Shown one piece after another: positions 39,062 through 47,979 of a DNA stretch of 64,000 nucleotides. The position numbers and the translations under genes are program-made. This DNA comes from Gemmatimonadota bacterium (lineage in GTDB: Bacteria > Gemmatimonadota > Gemmatimonadetes > Palauibacterales > Palauibacteraceae). Position 1 is the stretch's first letter; every line of letters starts with the position of its first letter. The DNA lies in assembly GCA_965116475.1 (NCBI GenBank), contig OZ220691.1, positions 1,024,001 through 1,088,000 of the forward strand, read 5' to 3'. The notes under the pieces were generated by a model. It did no database searches. It saw only the letters and a program-made list of their open reading frames with translations, and was not told the origin of the DNA.

Positions 39062-40380
39062 TGGGACCGATCTCCCGGCGGCGGTTCGGGGCGCTCGCCC
39101 TCGGCGCCGCGGGGGCGGTGGCCACCCCCTGGCCCCTCCGCTCGCTGCGGCGCCAGCGGCTGCTCGTGGACGGCGACCGGCTCAACCGCCGCCTCGGCGA
39201 ACTCGCGGGCTTCAGCAGTGCCGCCGAAGGCACGACACGGCTCGCCTACAGCGACGAGGACCGCGCGGCCCGCGCCTGGCTCTCCGACATCATGTCCGAT
39301 CTCGGCCTCGAGGTGCACGTGGACCGCGCCGCCAACCTGATCGGCCGCCGGCGCGGCACGGACCCCTCGCTCGCTCCGATCGTCCTCGGTTCCCACATCG
39401 ATTCCGTGCCGGCGGGCGGCAGCTACGACGGCCAGGTCGGCTCGATGGGCGCGCTCGAGGCGGTGGCCACGCTGGTGGACGCGAGCCGCGACACCCGCCA
39501 CCCGCTGGAACTCGTGATCTGGGCCAACGAGGAGGGCGGCAAGACGGGGAGCCGCGCGGTCGCGGGCGAGACGCTGCCCTGGGAAGTCGACATCGTCACC
39601 GCGAGCGGGTTCTCGATCGGCGAGGGCACGGAGCGCCTGGGCGGCGACCTCACGGACCTGGCCGCGGCCCGCCGGGAGGCCGGCAGCCTCGCGGCCTACC
39701 TCGAACTGCACATCGAGCAGGGGTTCGTGCTCGACCGGGGCGGGCTCGACATCGGCGTCGTGCAGGGGATCGTCGGCATCCGCCGCTGGTCCGTGACCGT
39801 CGACGGCTTCGCGAACCACGCCGGCACCACGCCCATGGACATGCGGCAGGACGCCATGGTGACCGCGGCGCGCATCATCGATGCCGTGCACGTGACCGCG
39901 CGGGAACTGCCCGGGCGGCACGTGGCCACGGTCGGCCGCCTCACCGCCGAACCCGGTGCGCCGAACGTCATTCCGGGCCGGGTCACCTTCAGCCTCGAGA
40001 TCCGCGACCTCGCGATGACGGGAATCGACGCCGTCTTCCGGGCAATCCGTGGGCGCGCGGAGGAAATCGCCGGGGCGGACGGCACGACGGTCACCATCGA
40101 GCAGTTCTACGAGAGCCGCGCGGCGCCGACCGACCCGCGCCTCCGGGACATCATCGAGGCGGAGGCGCTCGATCTCGGCCTCACGGCGCTCCGCATGCCG
40201 AGCGGGGCGGGCCACGACGCGCAGAGCGTCGCCCTGCTGGGGCCGGTGGGGATGATCTTCGTGCCCAGCCGCGACGGCATCAGCCACTCGCCGCTCGAGT
40301 TCACCGAGCCGGATCAAATCACGGCGGGGGCGAACGTGCTGCTCGGCGCCCTCCTCGCCATCGACGCGCGCGGCCTCTGA
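39061..40380 (+). CDS. M20 Zn-dependent amidohydrolase (allantoate/N-carbamoyl-amino acid hydrolase-like), Tat signal
   Basis: ISRRRFG Tat-like, GSHIDSV, NEEG, ELHIEQG, NHAGTTPM, SGAGHDAQ, SHSPLE. Confidence 0.92.
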   Translation: MGPISRRRFGALALGAAGAVATPWPLRSLRRQRLLVDGDRLNRRLGELAGFSSAAEGTTRLAYSDEDRAARAWLSDIMSDLGLEVHVDRAANLIGRRRGTDPSLAPIVLGSHIDSVPAGGSYDGQVGSMGALEAVATLVDASRDTRHPLELVIWANEEGGKTGSRAVAGETLPWEVDIVTASGFSIGEGTERLGGDLTDLAAARREAGSLAAYLELHIEQGFVLDRGGLDIGVVQGIVGIRRWSVTVDGFANHAGTTPMDMRQDAMVTAARIIDAVHVTARELPGRHVATVGRLTAEPGAPNVIPGRVTFSLEIRDLAMTGIDAVFRAIRGRAEEIAGADGTTVTIEQFYESRAAPTDPRLRDIIEAEALDLGLTALRMPSGAGHDAQSVALLGPVGMIFVPSRDGISHSPLEFTEPDQITAGANVLLGALLAIDARGL

Positions 40381-40425
40381 GTCCCGGACGCGTGCGCCGA
40401 CGCTCCGACGCTCCGCCGCCGGCCG

Positions 40426-41463
40426 TCAGTTGCCGATCACGTCCTTCGAGATGCGCATGGCGACGAGCATGTTCGGCACGTCCACGACCTCGGCGATCTT
40501 GAGGTCTCCCGCCATCGACGCCAGCTGGTAGGCCTCCTGGCGGGACAGGTCCCGCGCACGCACCAGGTAGTCGATCATCGCCTCGACGGCGTTCCGCGCC
40601 GCCTCGTCGATCGTCGGCGCGAAGCCGGTCACGGCGTAGAACTCGTCGGTCTCGTAGTGGGGCGACGGGATCGGTCCGATGCCCTTGACGACCTCCAGTT
40701 CGTAGACGACGCGCAGCGGCCCCTCGATCGCCGTGCCGCCGACCTCGCCGTCGCCCTGCGCGATGTGCGGGTCGCCCATCGAGAAGAGCGCGCCTTCCAC
40801 GAGCACCGGGAAGTACACCGTCGTGCCCTCGACCAGGTCGCGGTCGTCCATGTTGCCGCCGTTCTGGCGGGGCGGGATCGTGACGAGCATCGAATCCGTG
40901 TCCGGCGCCACGCCCATCACGCCGGGGAACGGCCGCAGCGGAATCCGGATCCCGGGCGCGAAGTCGACGCTGGTATCCCCCGGTTCGAACTCGAAGGTCC
41001 TCAGATACGGCTCGGGGAACCGGTCGGCGAGGAACCCGAACCCGGGGACGTTCGCGACCCAGCCCCAGTCGCCGAGTTCGATCTCGTGCAGCGTGACGGC
41101 GAGGAGGTCGCCCGGCTCGGCCCCCTCCACGTACACGGGCCCGGTCAGGGGGTGGATGGGATCGAAGCTCAGCCTCGCCAGATCCTCGAACGTGGACTCC
41201 GGCGTCAGTTGCCCATCCGACGCCTCCTCGAGATACGCCTCGATGACGGCGCCCGACGCCACGGTGAGGATCGGCGGAATCGTCCGGCTCCAGCGGTTGT
41301 GCGTCTGGTCCGCCGTCAGCGTGTGCTGCGGCTCCGGCGCGGGCGGTCCTCCTCCTTCACCGCCCGGAACCGCGGCCTCGGAGCCGGTCCCGCCGGGCGC
41401 GCAGCCCGACGCGAGGACGAGCGAGAGGAGCGGAACCCCGGCGGCGGCCCTCCCCGCCGCCAT
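40426..41463 (-). CDS. Acetamidase/formamidase family lipoprotein
   Basis: LASGC lipobox, HPLTGPVYVEGAEPGD, GGNMD, GDPHIAQGDGE. Confidence 0.9.
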   Translation of the reverse strand: MAAGRAAAGVPLLSLVLASGCAPGGTGSEAAVPGGEGGGPPAPEPQHTLTADQTHNRWSRTIPPILTVASGAVIEAYLEEASDGQLTPESTFEDLARLSFDPIHPLTGPVYVEGAEPGDLLAVTLHEIELGDWGWVANVPGFGFLADRFPEPYLRTFEFEPGDTSVDFAPGIRIPLRPFPGVMGVAPDTDSMLVTIPPRQNGGNMDDRDLVEGTTVYFPVLVEGALFSMGDPHIAQGDGEVGGTAIEGPLRVVYELEVVKGIGPIPSPHYETDEFYAVTGFAPTIDEAARNAVEAMIDYLVRARDLSRQEAYQLASMAGDLKIAEVVDVPNMLVAMRISKDVIGN

Positions 41464-41531
41464 CACTCTTCGCCGGCCAATCACTCGTCGTCGGCCAATC
41501 ACTCTTCGTCGGCCAATCACTCTTCGTTGGC
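41461..41531. repeat. 18-bp tandem repeat x4 spanning the DUF4399 stop and the acetamidase start
   Basis: Minus-strand TGA at 41519, 41501, 41483 and 41465; unit about TTGGCCGACGAAGAGTGA. Confidence 0.92.
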
Positions 41532-42017
41532 GACCGTGAAGTGGAGGGTGTCCACGACCGGCGGATCGAGCGGGATGTGCGCGGGGTTGGCCACGACGGC
41601 GATGAGGCGGTGCTCTCCGGGCGCGAGTCCCTCCAGCATGTACTCGGTGCTCCCATCCCCCATGTGGATGATCTGGGGGTCGTTCTGCGGGATCAGGTCG
41701 GTGAGCGGCGTGAGGTCCACGTCGACGTACAGGTGATGGTGGCCGGTGCCGACGACCGGTGGCGTGATGGAGACGATCTCGATCCCCTCCGTCTCCATGA
41801 CGACCATGACATCCGGGCCCACCGTCGCGCCTTCTTCCGGCTGCGTGATGCGTACGGTGACGGCCGGCTCGGCGGGCATCTCTTCAGCCGCTGCCTCGGC
41901 CATCGCGTCTTCGGCCATCGCGGCGTCGTCGGCTTCGTCCCCTCCCCCGCAGGCGATGGCGAGCGAGAGCGGGGCGATGAAGGCAACCGGGATCCATCTC
42001 GGACGGGGGAAACGCAT
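41517..42017 (-). CDS. DUF4399-like lipoprotein
   Basis: AIAC lipobox, VRITQPEEGATV, GHHHLYVD, IHMGDG, LAPGEHRL; AGGAGG RBS. Confidence 0.8.
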   Translation of the reverse strand: MRFPRPRWIPVAFIAPLSLAIACGGGDEADDAAMAEDAMAEAAAEEMPAEPAVTVRITQPEEGATVGPDVMVVMETEGIEIVSITPPVVGTGHHHLYVDVDLTPLTDLIPQNDPQIIHMGDGSTEYMLEGLAPGEHRLIAVVANPAHIPLDPPVVDTLHFTVANEE

Positions 42018-42230
42018 GAAACCTCCTGGACGAACGATCCGTCGATGCGACACGGCTTCGGGACTCGCAGATTAGGGAAACGGACCCGCCCGCGCGAGAC
42101 GCGGGGGGCGATGCCGCGCCGGAAACGCCGCATACAACGTTTCCGTCCATCGCATGTTCTCAAACACAGAACGGGAGTTCACGAGGCGACAAGGCACGCG
42201 CATGTCCTTCAGTTCACGCCCGGAGCGCTG

Positions 42231-43349
42231 ATGAATCCACTGACTCCACGCACGACCACTTTCCTTGCGCTGAGCACCTTTCTCCTTCTCGCGCCCGCGG
42301 GTCGGGCCGCGGCGCAGGAAACGCTGGCGCCGCCCGTTCCCGGCCCCCTTCCCATGGGGGCGGCGTGTGTCGTGCCGGATTCCATCGGGGAGGGACTCCG
42401 CCGGATCGCGCGACGGGTCGGCGACGCCGTCGGCGTCTCCGCACTGCACGTCGAGTCGGGCGCCCGGATCTCGCTGAACGGAGACCGGCCCTACCCGATG
42501 GCGAGCGTATCGAAGGTCCCCATGGCGCTCGAGTTCCTGCGGCGCGTCGACCTCGGGGAGATCGATCCCGCCGAGACGGTCGTCGTGACGGTGGAGGAGT
42601 TTCGCCCCGGGCACAGTCCGCTCGCCGCCTGGTCGGGGGCGCGGTCCGCGCGCCTCACCGTGGACAGCCTCTTCTCGCTCATGCTCGCCCAGTCGGACAA
42701 CACGGCGACCGACGTCATCCTCAACATGTCGGGCGGACCCGAGGCCGCCACGCGCCACCTGCACCGGCTGGGCGTCGAGGGCGTGCGCGTCGACCGCTCC
42801 GAGGCCCGCACCTTCGCGGACCTGGTCGGCCTCCCGGATACGATCCCCGAGAGCGAACTGTATCGCTACCAGTATTTCCGGCTGCGCGATGCCCTGCCCG
42901 ACGCGCACCGCCAGGCCGCGCGCGAGCGCTACGGCACGGACCCGCGGGACACGGCGACGCCGGACGGGATGACGGATCTCCTGCTTACGATCCACGAGGG
43001 CAGGGGACTCACGCCCGAATCGCGCGCCTGGATCCTCGACGTGCTGAACCGGTCGCGGTCAGGACGCGCGCGGATGCGGGGGCGGCTGCCGCAGTCCACC
43101 TTCGTCGCGCACAAGACGGGAACGATGGGCGGCGCGATCAACGACGTGGGGATCGTCAAGCTGCCGGATGGCGCGGGGCATCTCATCGTCTCGGTGTTCG
43201 TGAACACGCTGCGGCGGCCGACGTGGCGGCGGGAACGCACGATCGCGGAGATGACGCATCTGCTGTACGACTACTTTGGGGATGAATTCAGGGGGCGGGG
43301 CGCCGCGGTCGCGGTCGCGAGACGCTTCGGCGCCCCCTGCGTCGCCTGA
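42231..43349 (+). CDS. Class A beta-lactamase-like serine hydrolase
   Basis: Signal peptide; SVSK (SxxK), SDN, DRSE (E166-equivalent), DTATP, HKTG. Confidence 0.88.
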   Translation: MNPLTPRTTTFLALSTFLLLAPAGRAAAQETLAPPVPGPLPMGAACVVPDSIGEGLRRIARRVGDAVGVSALHVESGARISLNGDRPYPMASVSKVPMALEFLRRVDLGEIDPAETVVVTVEEFRPGHSPLAAWSGARSARLTVDSLFSLMLAQSDNTATDVILNMSGGPEAATRHLHRLGVEGVRVDRSEARTFADLVGLPDTIPESELYRYQYFRLRDALPDAHRQAARERYGTDPRDTATPDGMTDLLLTIHEGRGLTPESRAWILDVLNRSRSGRARMRGRLPQSTFVAHKTGTMGGAINDVGIVKLPDGAGHLIVSVFVNTLRRPTWRRERTIAEMTHLLYDYFGDEFRGRGAAVAVARRFGAPCVA

Positions 43350-43385
43350 GTGGCCTGAGTGGCGTGACCGGCCTGATCGGCCTGC
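43341..43385. repeat. 9-bp degenerate tandem repeat stacking four TGA stops after the beta-lactamase
   Basis: GCC TGA GTG GCC TGA GTG GCG TGA CCG GCC TGA TCG; TGA at 43347, 43356, 43365 and 43374. Confidence 0.85.
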
Positions 43386-43577
43386 TCAGGAACTCCGGTT
43401 TCCGTTGGCGAAGATGCGGTACAGCGCCGCCCAGCCCACGGCGATGTACACAAGCCGGGCGAGGGGGCCGAAGGCCGCGGCCACGAAGTTGAACCCGATG
43501 AGGCCGATCAATCCCCAGTTGAGGGCGCCGGCCAGCAGCAGCGCGTTCGCCACTCTGTTGCAACTCTTCCCGTTCAT
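43386..43577 (-). CDS. DUF378 family small membrane protein
   Basis: LLLAGALNWGLIGL..FNFV..LARLVYIAVGWAA; GGGAGA RBS. Confidence 0.85.
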   Translation of the reverse strand: MNGKSCNRVANALLLAGALNWGLIGLIGFNFVAAAFGPLARLVYIAVGWAALYRIFANGNRSS

Positions 43578-43660
43578 GTATCTCTCCCGACTGAACCTGG
43601 CTGCGGGGCCGGCTGCAGGTCCGGCTGCGGCGCGCGGAACCCCTCCCGGTGACCCGTCGC

Positions 43661-43705
43661 GGTACGACGACACGGTACGAAGACATGGTACGAAGACATA
43701 GTACG
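43661..43705. repeat. 13-bp tandem repeat (about 3.5 copies) in a divergent intergenic region
   Basis: ggtacgacgacac / ggtacgaagacat / ggtacgaagacat / agtacg. Confidence 0.85.
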
Positions 43706-43786
43706 CACGAAGATCGATCGGGTTTCGCAAGACCCGAATGCACTCGGACAGGGGCCTCAGCGCCGAGATGATGCGGAGATGATCAT

Positions 43787-44218
43787 TTGAGACGTCGCGA
43801 CTTCGTTGCCGCCCTTTCCGGCGCGCTCGCCGTGGCCGCCTGCGGAGACGGCGCCGGGCCCGGGACGCCCCCACCCGAGCCGCCGCCCGCGCCACCGCCC
43901 CCGCCGCCCGGTCCGGTGCCGGGAGCGAACGTGACGGTGAACATCGAGGACAACGCCTTCGTCGACCCGGCGGGGCGCCGCAACGGCGACGCGGAGGTGA
44001 CGATCCGGAGTGGCGAGACGGTGGGCTGGCGGCACGTCGGCGCGAACCCGCACACGGTGACGTCGACCGACGTTCCGTCCGGTGCGCAGGCCTTCGACAG
44101 CCGGACGATGAGCCACAACGACACCTTCACGGTCACGCCGAGCGTGGCGGGCACGTACGTGTACTACTGCGCCACGCACCCGAGCATCATGGTGGGAGCC
44201 CGCATCATCGTCACCTGA
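43787..44218 (+). CDS. Cupredoxin lipoprotein (Tat-lipoprotein signal)
   Basis: RRRDFV..VAAC, polyproline, PHTVT, YYCATHPSIM. Confidence 0.85.
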   Translation: MRRRDFVAALSGALAVAACGDGAGPGTPPPEPPPAPPPPPPGPVPGANVTVNIEDNAFVDPAGRRNGDAEVTIRSGETVGWRHVGANPHTVTSTDVPSGAQAFDSRTMSHNDTFTVTPSVAGTYVYYCATHPSIMVGARIIVT

Positions 44219-44370
44219 CCGCTGCCGGATTCAACCCTGCCCGAGGCGCGCGTGTCGTCTATCTGAACCTCCTTCGAGCTTCGGTCGAGAGCGGACACGA
44301 GCGGACGCCAATACTCGGCCGTGAGCAGATGACGATCACCCGGAATCGACGCGGATACGGCAGACACCGA

Positions 44371-46722
44371 ATGACACGCGCGCGACACGTGCGGCGGCTC
44401 CCGGGCCTTGCCCTTGCCCTGCTTCTTCTCCCCTGCGGAGTTCGCGCAGTCGGAGCCCAGGAAAGCGGGGGCTCGACCTCGACCATACAGGCCATGCGGC
44501 TGACCGCCGACGAGCGCATCGATCTGGACGGCCGCATCGAGGAATCGGTGTGGGGCCGCATCGAGGCGATCAGCGACTTCCGGCAGCGCGAGCCCGTCGA
44601 GGGCGGCACGCCGTCGCACCCCACCGAAGTCCGCGTCGCCTACGATCGCGACAATCTCTACATCGCGGCGATTCTGTTCGACGAGCCCGGCGAGATCCTC
44701 GCCCGCCAGCGCGCGCGAGACGCGTTTCTGTTCACGGACGACCGGTTCGCCTGGGTGCTCGACACGTTCGGGGACGGCCGCACCGGCTACCACTTCGAGA
44801 CCAACGCGGCCGGCGCCCTCAGCGACGGGCTCATCACGGGCACCGGCGGACGCGGCGGCGGTGGAGGGGGCGGCGGGTTCGGCGGCGTCAACCGCTCGTG
44901 GGACGGGATCTGGGAGGTGCGCACCGCGCGCCGTCCCGACGGGTGGTCCGCGGAGATCCGGATCCCCTTCCGCACGCTGAACTTCGTCCCGAACGGCGAG
45001 AACTGGGGCATCAACTTCCTGCGCTCGATCCGGCGCAACAACGAAGAGATCCTGTGGCGCGGCTACGGGCGGAACGAGGGCCTGAACCGCCTCGTGTTCG
45101 CGGGCGAACTGGAGGGACTCGAAGGTCTCTCGCAGGGGATCGGCCTGGAGGCGGTGGCTTCGGGCATCGGCAGTTGGCGCAACACCCCCGGCAACGCGGA
45201 CCCGACGACGTTCCCGCGCGACGTGAGCCTCGACCTCAACTACAGCGTGACGCCGAGTCTGCGCGCCTCCTTCAGCGTCAACACGGATTTCGCCGAGGTG
45301 GAGAGCGACCAGCGCCGCGTCAACCTCACGCGCTTCCCGCTCCGCTTCCCGGAGCGGCGCGACTTCTTTCTCGAGGGTTCGAGCGTGTTCACGTTCGCCC
45401 CCCGCAGCGGCCCGCAGCCCTTCTTCTCGCGGCGGATCGGGATCGAGGGCGGCCAGCAGGTCCCCATCGACTACGGGCTCCGCCTCACGGGCCAACTCAA
45501 CGGCGTCGACCTCGGCTTCTACCAGATGGGCACGGGCACCCACTCGTACGCCCCCGAGGATGAACTCGGGAACGCGGCCGGACCGGACCCCGCGGACTTC
45601 ATACGGTTCGAGCGGGAGGCGTTCACGGTGGCGCGCGCCCGGGTCCCCATCTTCGAGCAGTCGGCCATCGGCGCCATCTATACGCGCCGGAGCACGGCGG
45701 CCGACGCGGACGGCGTCCTGCCGGCGGACCGGCATACGCTCGGCGCGGACCTCGACTATCGGACCAACAGCCTGTTCGGGAACCAGAACTTCGAGGCCGA
45801 GGCGTTCATGGTCTGGAACTCGAATCCGGACCCGGCCGTGTCGCGGACCTTCCAGGATCTCTCCGCCTGGGGCGCCCGGATCAACTTCCCCAACGACCTG
45901 TGGTCGGGGCACGTCTCCTACCGGGAGTTCGGCGACGACTACAGTCCCGCGGTCGGGTTCGTGGCCCGGAACGACTTCCGCCGCGTGGAGCCGCGGATCG
46001 GGTTCTCCCCCCGCCCCGCCATCGACTGGATCCGGCAGGTGGAGGTCTCGGTCCAGTTGAGGAACCTGTGGGAAATGGGGTCCATGATCCTCGAGGAGCA
46101 GGAACTCCAGCTGAACTTCCTCGACATCGACTTCGAGAGCGGCGACAACCTGAGCTTCGAGGCGGTGCGGACGTACGAATTCCTCGACCGGCAGTTCGAG
46201 ATCAGCGACGGCATCGACATCATGCCGGGCGACTACACGACGTGGGACTATCAGATCCGGGGCCGGACGACGAGCCGCCGTCCCGTTTCGGTCCGGGGCG
46301 GGGCCAACATCGGCGGCTTCTGGAACGGCGACCGGGTGCGGGTCGACCTCAACGCGAACTTCCGGCCGAACCCCGGGATCAACCTGGAGACGGGCTACGA
46401 GCGCAACGCCGTGTACCTGCCGCAGGGCGATTTCGTCACGAACCTCTATCGCCTCGAGGGTTCATGGGACCCGACCCCGTGGATCGGCGTGACGAACCAG
46501 TTCCAGTACGACGATGTGAGCCGCGTGCTGGGGCTGTTCATGCGCTTCCGCTGGATCCTGAAGCCGGGCAACGACCTCTTCCTCGTCTACACCCACAACT
46601 GGCGGAACCTGGAGTCCGGGCTGCTCGATGAACCCGACGATTCCGACCTGATGGGGTGGATGGACCTGAGAACCCTCTCGCGCGGCGCCTCGGTCAAGCT
46701 GAACTACACGTACCGCTTCTAG
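44371..46722 (+). CDS. CBM9-like/DUF5916 outer-membrane protein
   Basis: Signal peptide, IDLDGRIEE..W, WSAEIRIPF, NTDFAEVESD, FPERRDFFLEG, FFSRRIG, terminal YTYRF. Confidence 0.85.
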   Translation: MTRARHVRRLPGLALALLLLPCGVRAVGAQESGGSTSTIQAMRLTADERIDLDGRIEESVWGRIEAISDFRQREPVEGGTPSHPTEVRVAYDRDNLYIAAILFDEPGEILARQRARDAFLFTDDRFAWVLDTFGDGRTGYHFETNAAGALSDGLITGTGGRGGGGGGGGFGGVNRSWDGIWEVRTARRPDGWSAEIRIPFRTLNFVPNGENWGINFLRSIRRNNEEILWRGYGRNEGLNRLVFAGELEGLEGLSQGIGLEAVASGIGSWRNTPGNADPTTFPRDVSLDLNYSVTPSLRASFSVNTDFAEVESDQRRVNLTRFPLRFPERRDFFLEGSSVFTFAPRSGPQPFFSRRIGIEGGQQVPIDYGLRLTGQLNGVDLGFYQMGTGTHSYAPEDELGNAAGPDPADFIRFEREAFTVARARVPIFEQSAIGAIYTRRSTAADADGVLPADRHTLGADLDYRTNSLFGNQNFEAEAFMVWNSNPDPAVSRTFQDLSAWGARINFPNDLWSGHVSYREFGDDYSPAVGFVARNDFRRVEPRIGFSPRPAIDWIRQVEVSVQLRNLWEMGSMILEEQELQLNFLDIDFESGDNLSFEAVRTYEFLDRQFEISDGIDIMPGDYTTWDYQIRGRTTSRRPVSVRGGANIGGFWNGDRVRVDLNANFRPNPGINLETGYERNAVYLPQGDFVTNLYRLEGSWDPTPWIGVTNQFQYDDVSRVLGLFMRFRWILKPGNDLFLVYTHNWRNLESGLLDEPDDSDLMGWMDLRTLSRGASVKLNYTYRF

Positions 46723-46765
46723 CTCGGCCGTCGCGCGGCCGGCGGTCCGCCCCTTCGCTTCCGGG

Positions 46766-47398
46766 CTACCGCCCGAACGCCTCGAAGAAGGCGAGTTCGT
46801 GGCGCATGGCCTCGGCGTAGACCTCCGCCGCCCGCTCCGGCATGTCGGCGGCCAGGTCGTCGAGCAACCCCTCGAGGTCCCGGGCGAGGCGTTCGAACTC
46901 CCGGGAGCCGTATGTGTCGATCCACTCCGCGTACGGGTTCTCCTCGTAGTCGGTCGCACGAAGCTGCTGCCCAAGCCAGGCGTACAACCGCATGCAAGGC
47001 GTCATCGCGGCCAGAGTCTCGCCCACATCCGCGTTCCAGGCCGTCTCCGCGAGGAAATCTGTGTAGTCCTTCGCGGCGGCGTTGGGCGTGACAGACTCGA
47101 GATCGATTCGGAGTTGCTCGGCGTAGACGCGATGAAGTTCGAGTTCCTTGAGGACCCCTGCCATCAGGAAGACCAGCCGGCGCGCGACGTTCATCCGGTC
47201 GGCGGTGCGCGCGGCGGCCAGCGCGTAGGCGCTGAAGAAGGCCCGCAGGAAGAAGGCGTCCTGGGCCACGTAGCGCCGGAACGCCTCCGGATCGAGCGTC
47301 CCGTCGGAGAGGCCGCGCACGAACTGGGAGCGGAGGCAGGCACCGGCGAGGCCGGCGTTCCGGGCCCAGAGCGCCTCGTGCAGCGGTCGATTCGTCAT
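46766..47398 (-). CDS. tenA: TenA family (thiaminase II-like) protein
   Basis: YVAQDAFFL, MTPCMRLY (catalytic Cys), YAEWIDTY, HELAFF. Confidence 0.88.
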   Translation of the reverse strand: MTNRPLHEALWARNAGLAGACLRSQFVRGLSDGTLDPEAFRRYVAQDAFFLRAFFSAYALAAARTADRMNVARRLVFLMAGVLKELELHRVYAEQLRIDLESVTPNAAAKDYTDFLAETAWNADVGETLAAMTPCMRLYAWLGQQLRATDYEENPYAEWIDTYGSREFERLARDLEGLLDDLAADMPERAAEVYAEAMRHELAFFEAFGR

Positions 47399-47417
47399 TC
47401 CGCCCCCGGCGCGTCCG

Positions 47418-47849
47418 TCAACTGAACAGCGTGCCCACGGCCTCGGGCGGGGCGGTGAAGTGGAAGCGCGGGACCGGGGCGCGGAAGACGGATCCGTCGC
47501 GGCGCCGGAAGTGGTAGAACCCCTCCATGTGACCCGTCGGACCCCGCAGGATGCAGAAACTGTTGTACCGGTGCGAATCCCCCGGTTCCAGCACCGGCGA
47601 CTGCCCGACCACGCCCTCCCCCTCGACCTCGTGTCCCCCCGCCACGAGATCGTGGATCAGCCAGTGGCGCCAGAAGAGTTGCGCCGTCTCCGTTCCCACA
47701 TTCTCGATCGTGATGTGGTAGACGAAGACGTAGCGCCAGGCCGCGGGATCCGAGTGTTCCGGCGCGTACTCCGGCCGCACGCGGATGGCCATCGCGTCCG
47801 GGACGATGGGGGGAACGCCGGCGTCGGGGGTCGTCTCATCAGGGGCCAT
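47418..47849 (-). CDS. apaG: ApaG protein
   Basis: FVYHITIEN, RHWLI, EVEGEGVVGQSP, GHMEGFY. Confidence 0.92.
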   Translation of the reverse strand: MAPDETTPDAGVPPIVPDAMAIRVRPEYAPEHSDPAAWRYVFVYHITIENVGTETAQLFWRHWLIHDLVAGGHEVEGEGVVGQSPVLEPGDSHRYNSFCILRGPTGHMEGFYHFRRRDGSVFRAPVPRFHFTAPPEAVGTLFS

Positions 47850-47979
47850 GCGGGCGCAGGATACGCCGTGACCGTTGCGCGGGCCACGTCTCGCGCCGCA
47901 GAGTATCAGTGCATCGTTTTGTTCGGGCCGCACGCCCGGTTCGCGGACGACGGCCGGGCGACAGGAACTTTGAGGGAGC

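Noticed and set aside
47399-47417. TPP riboswitch upstream of tenA
   Set aside because: Only 19 nt separate tenA from apaG, and no TPP aptamer core is visible.
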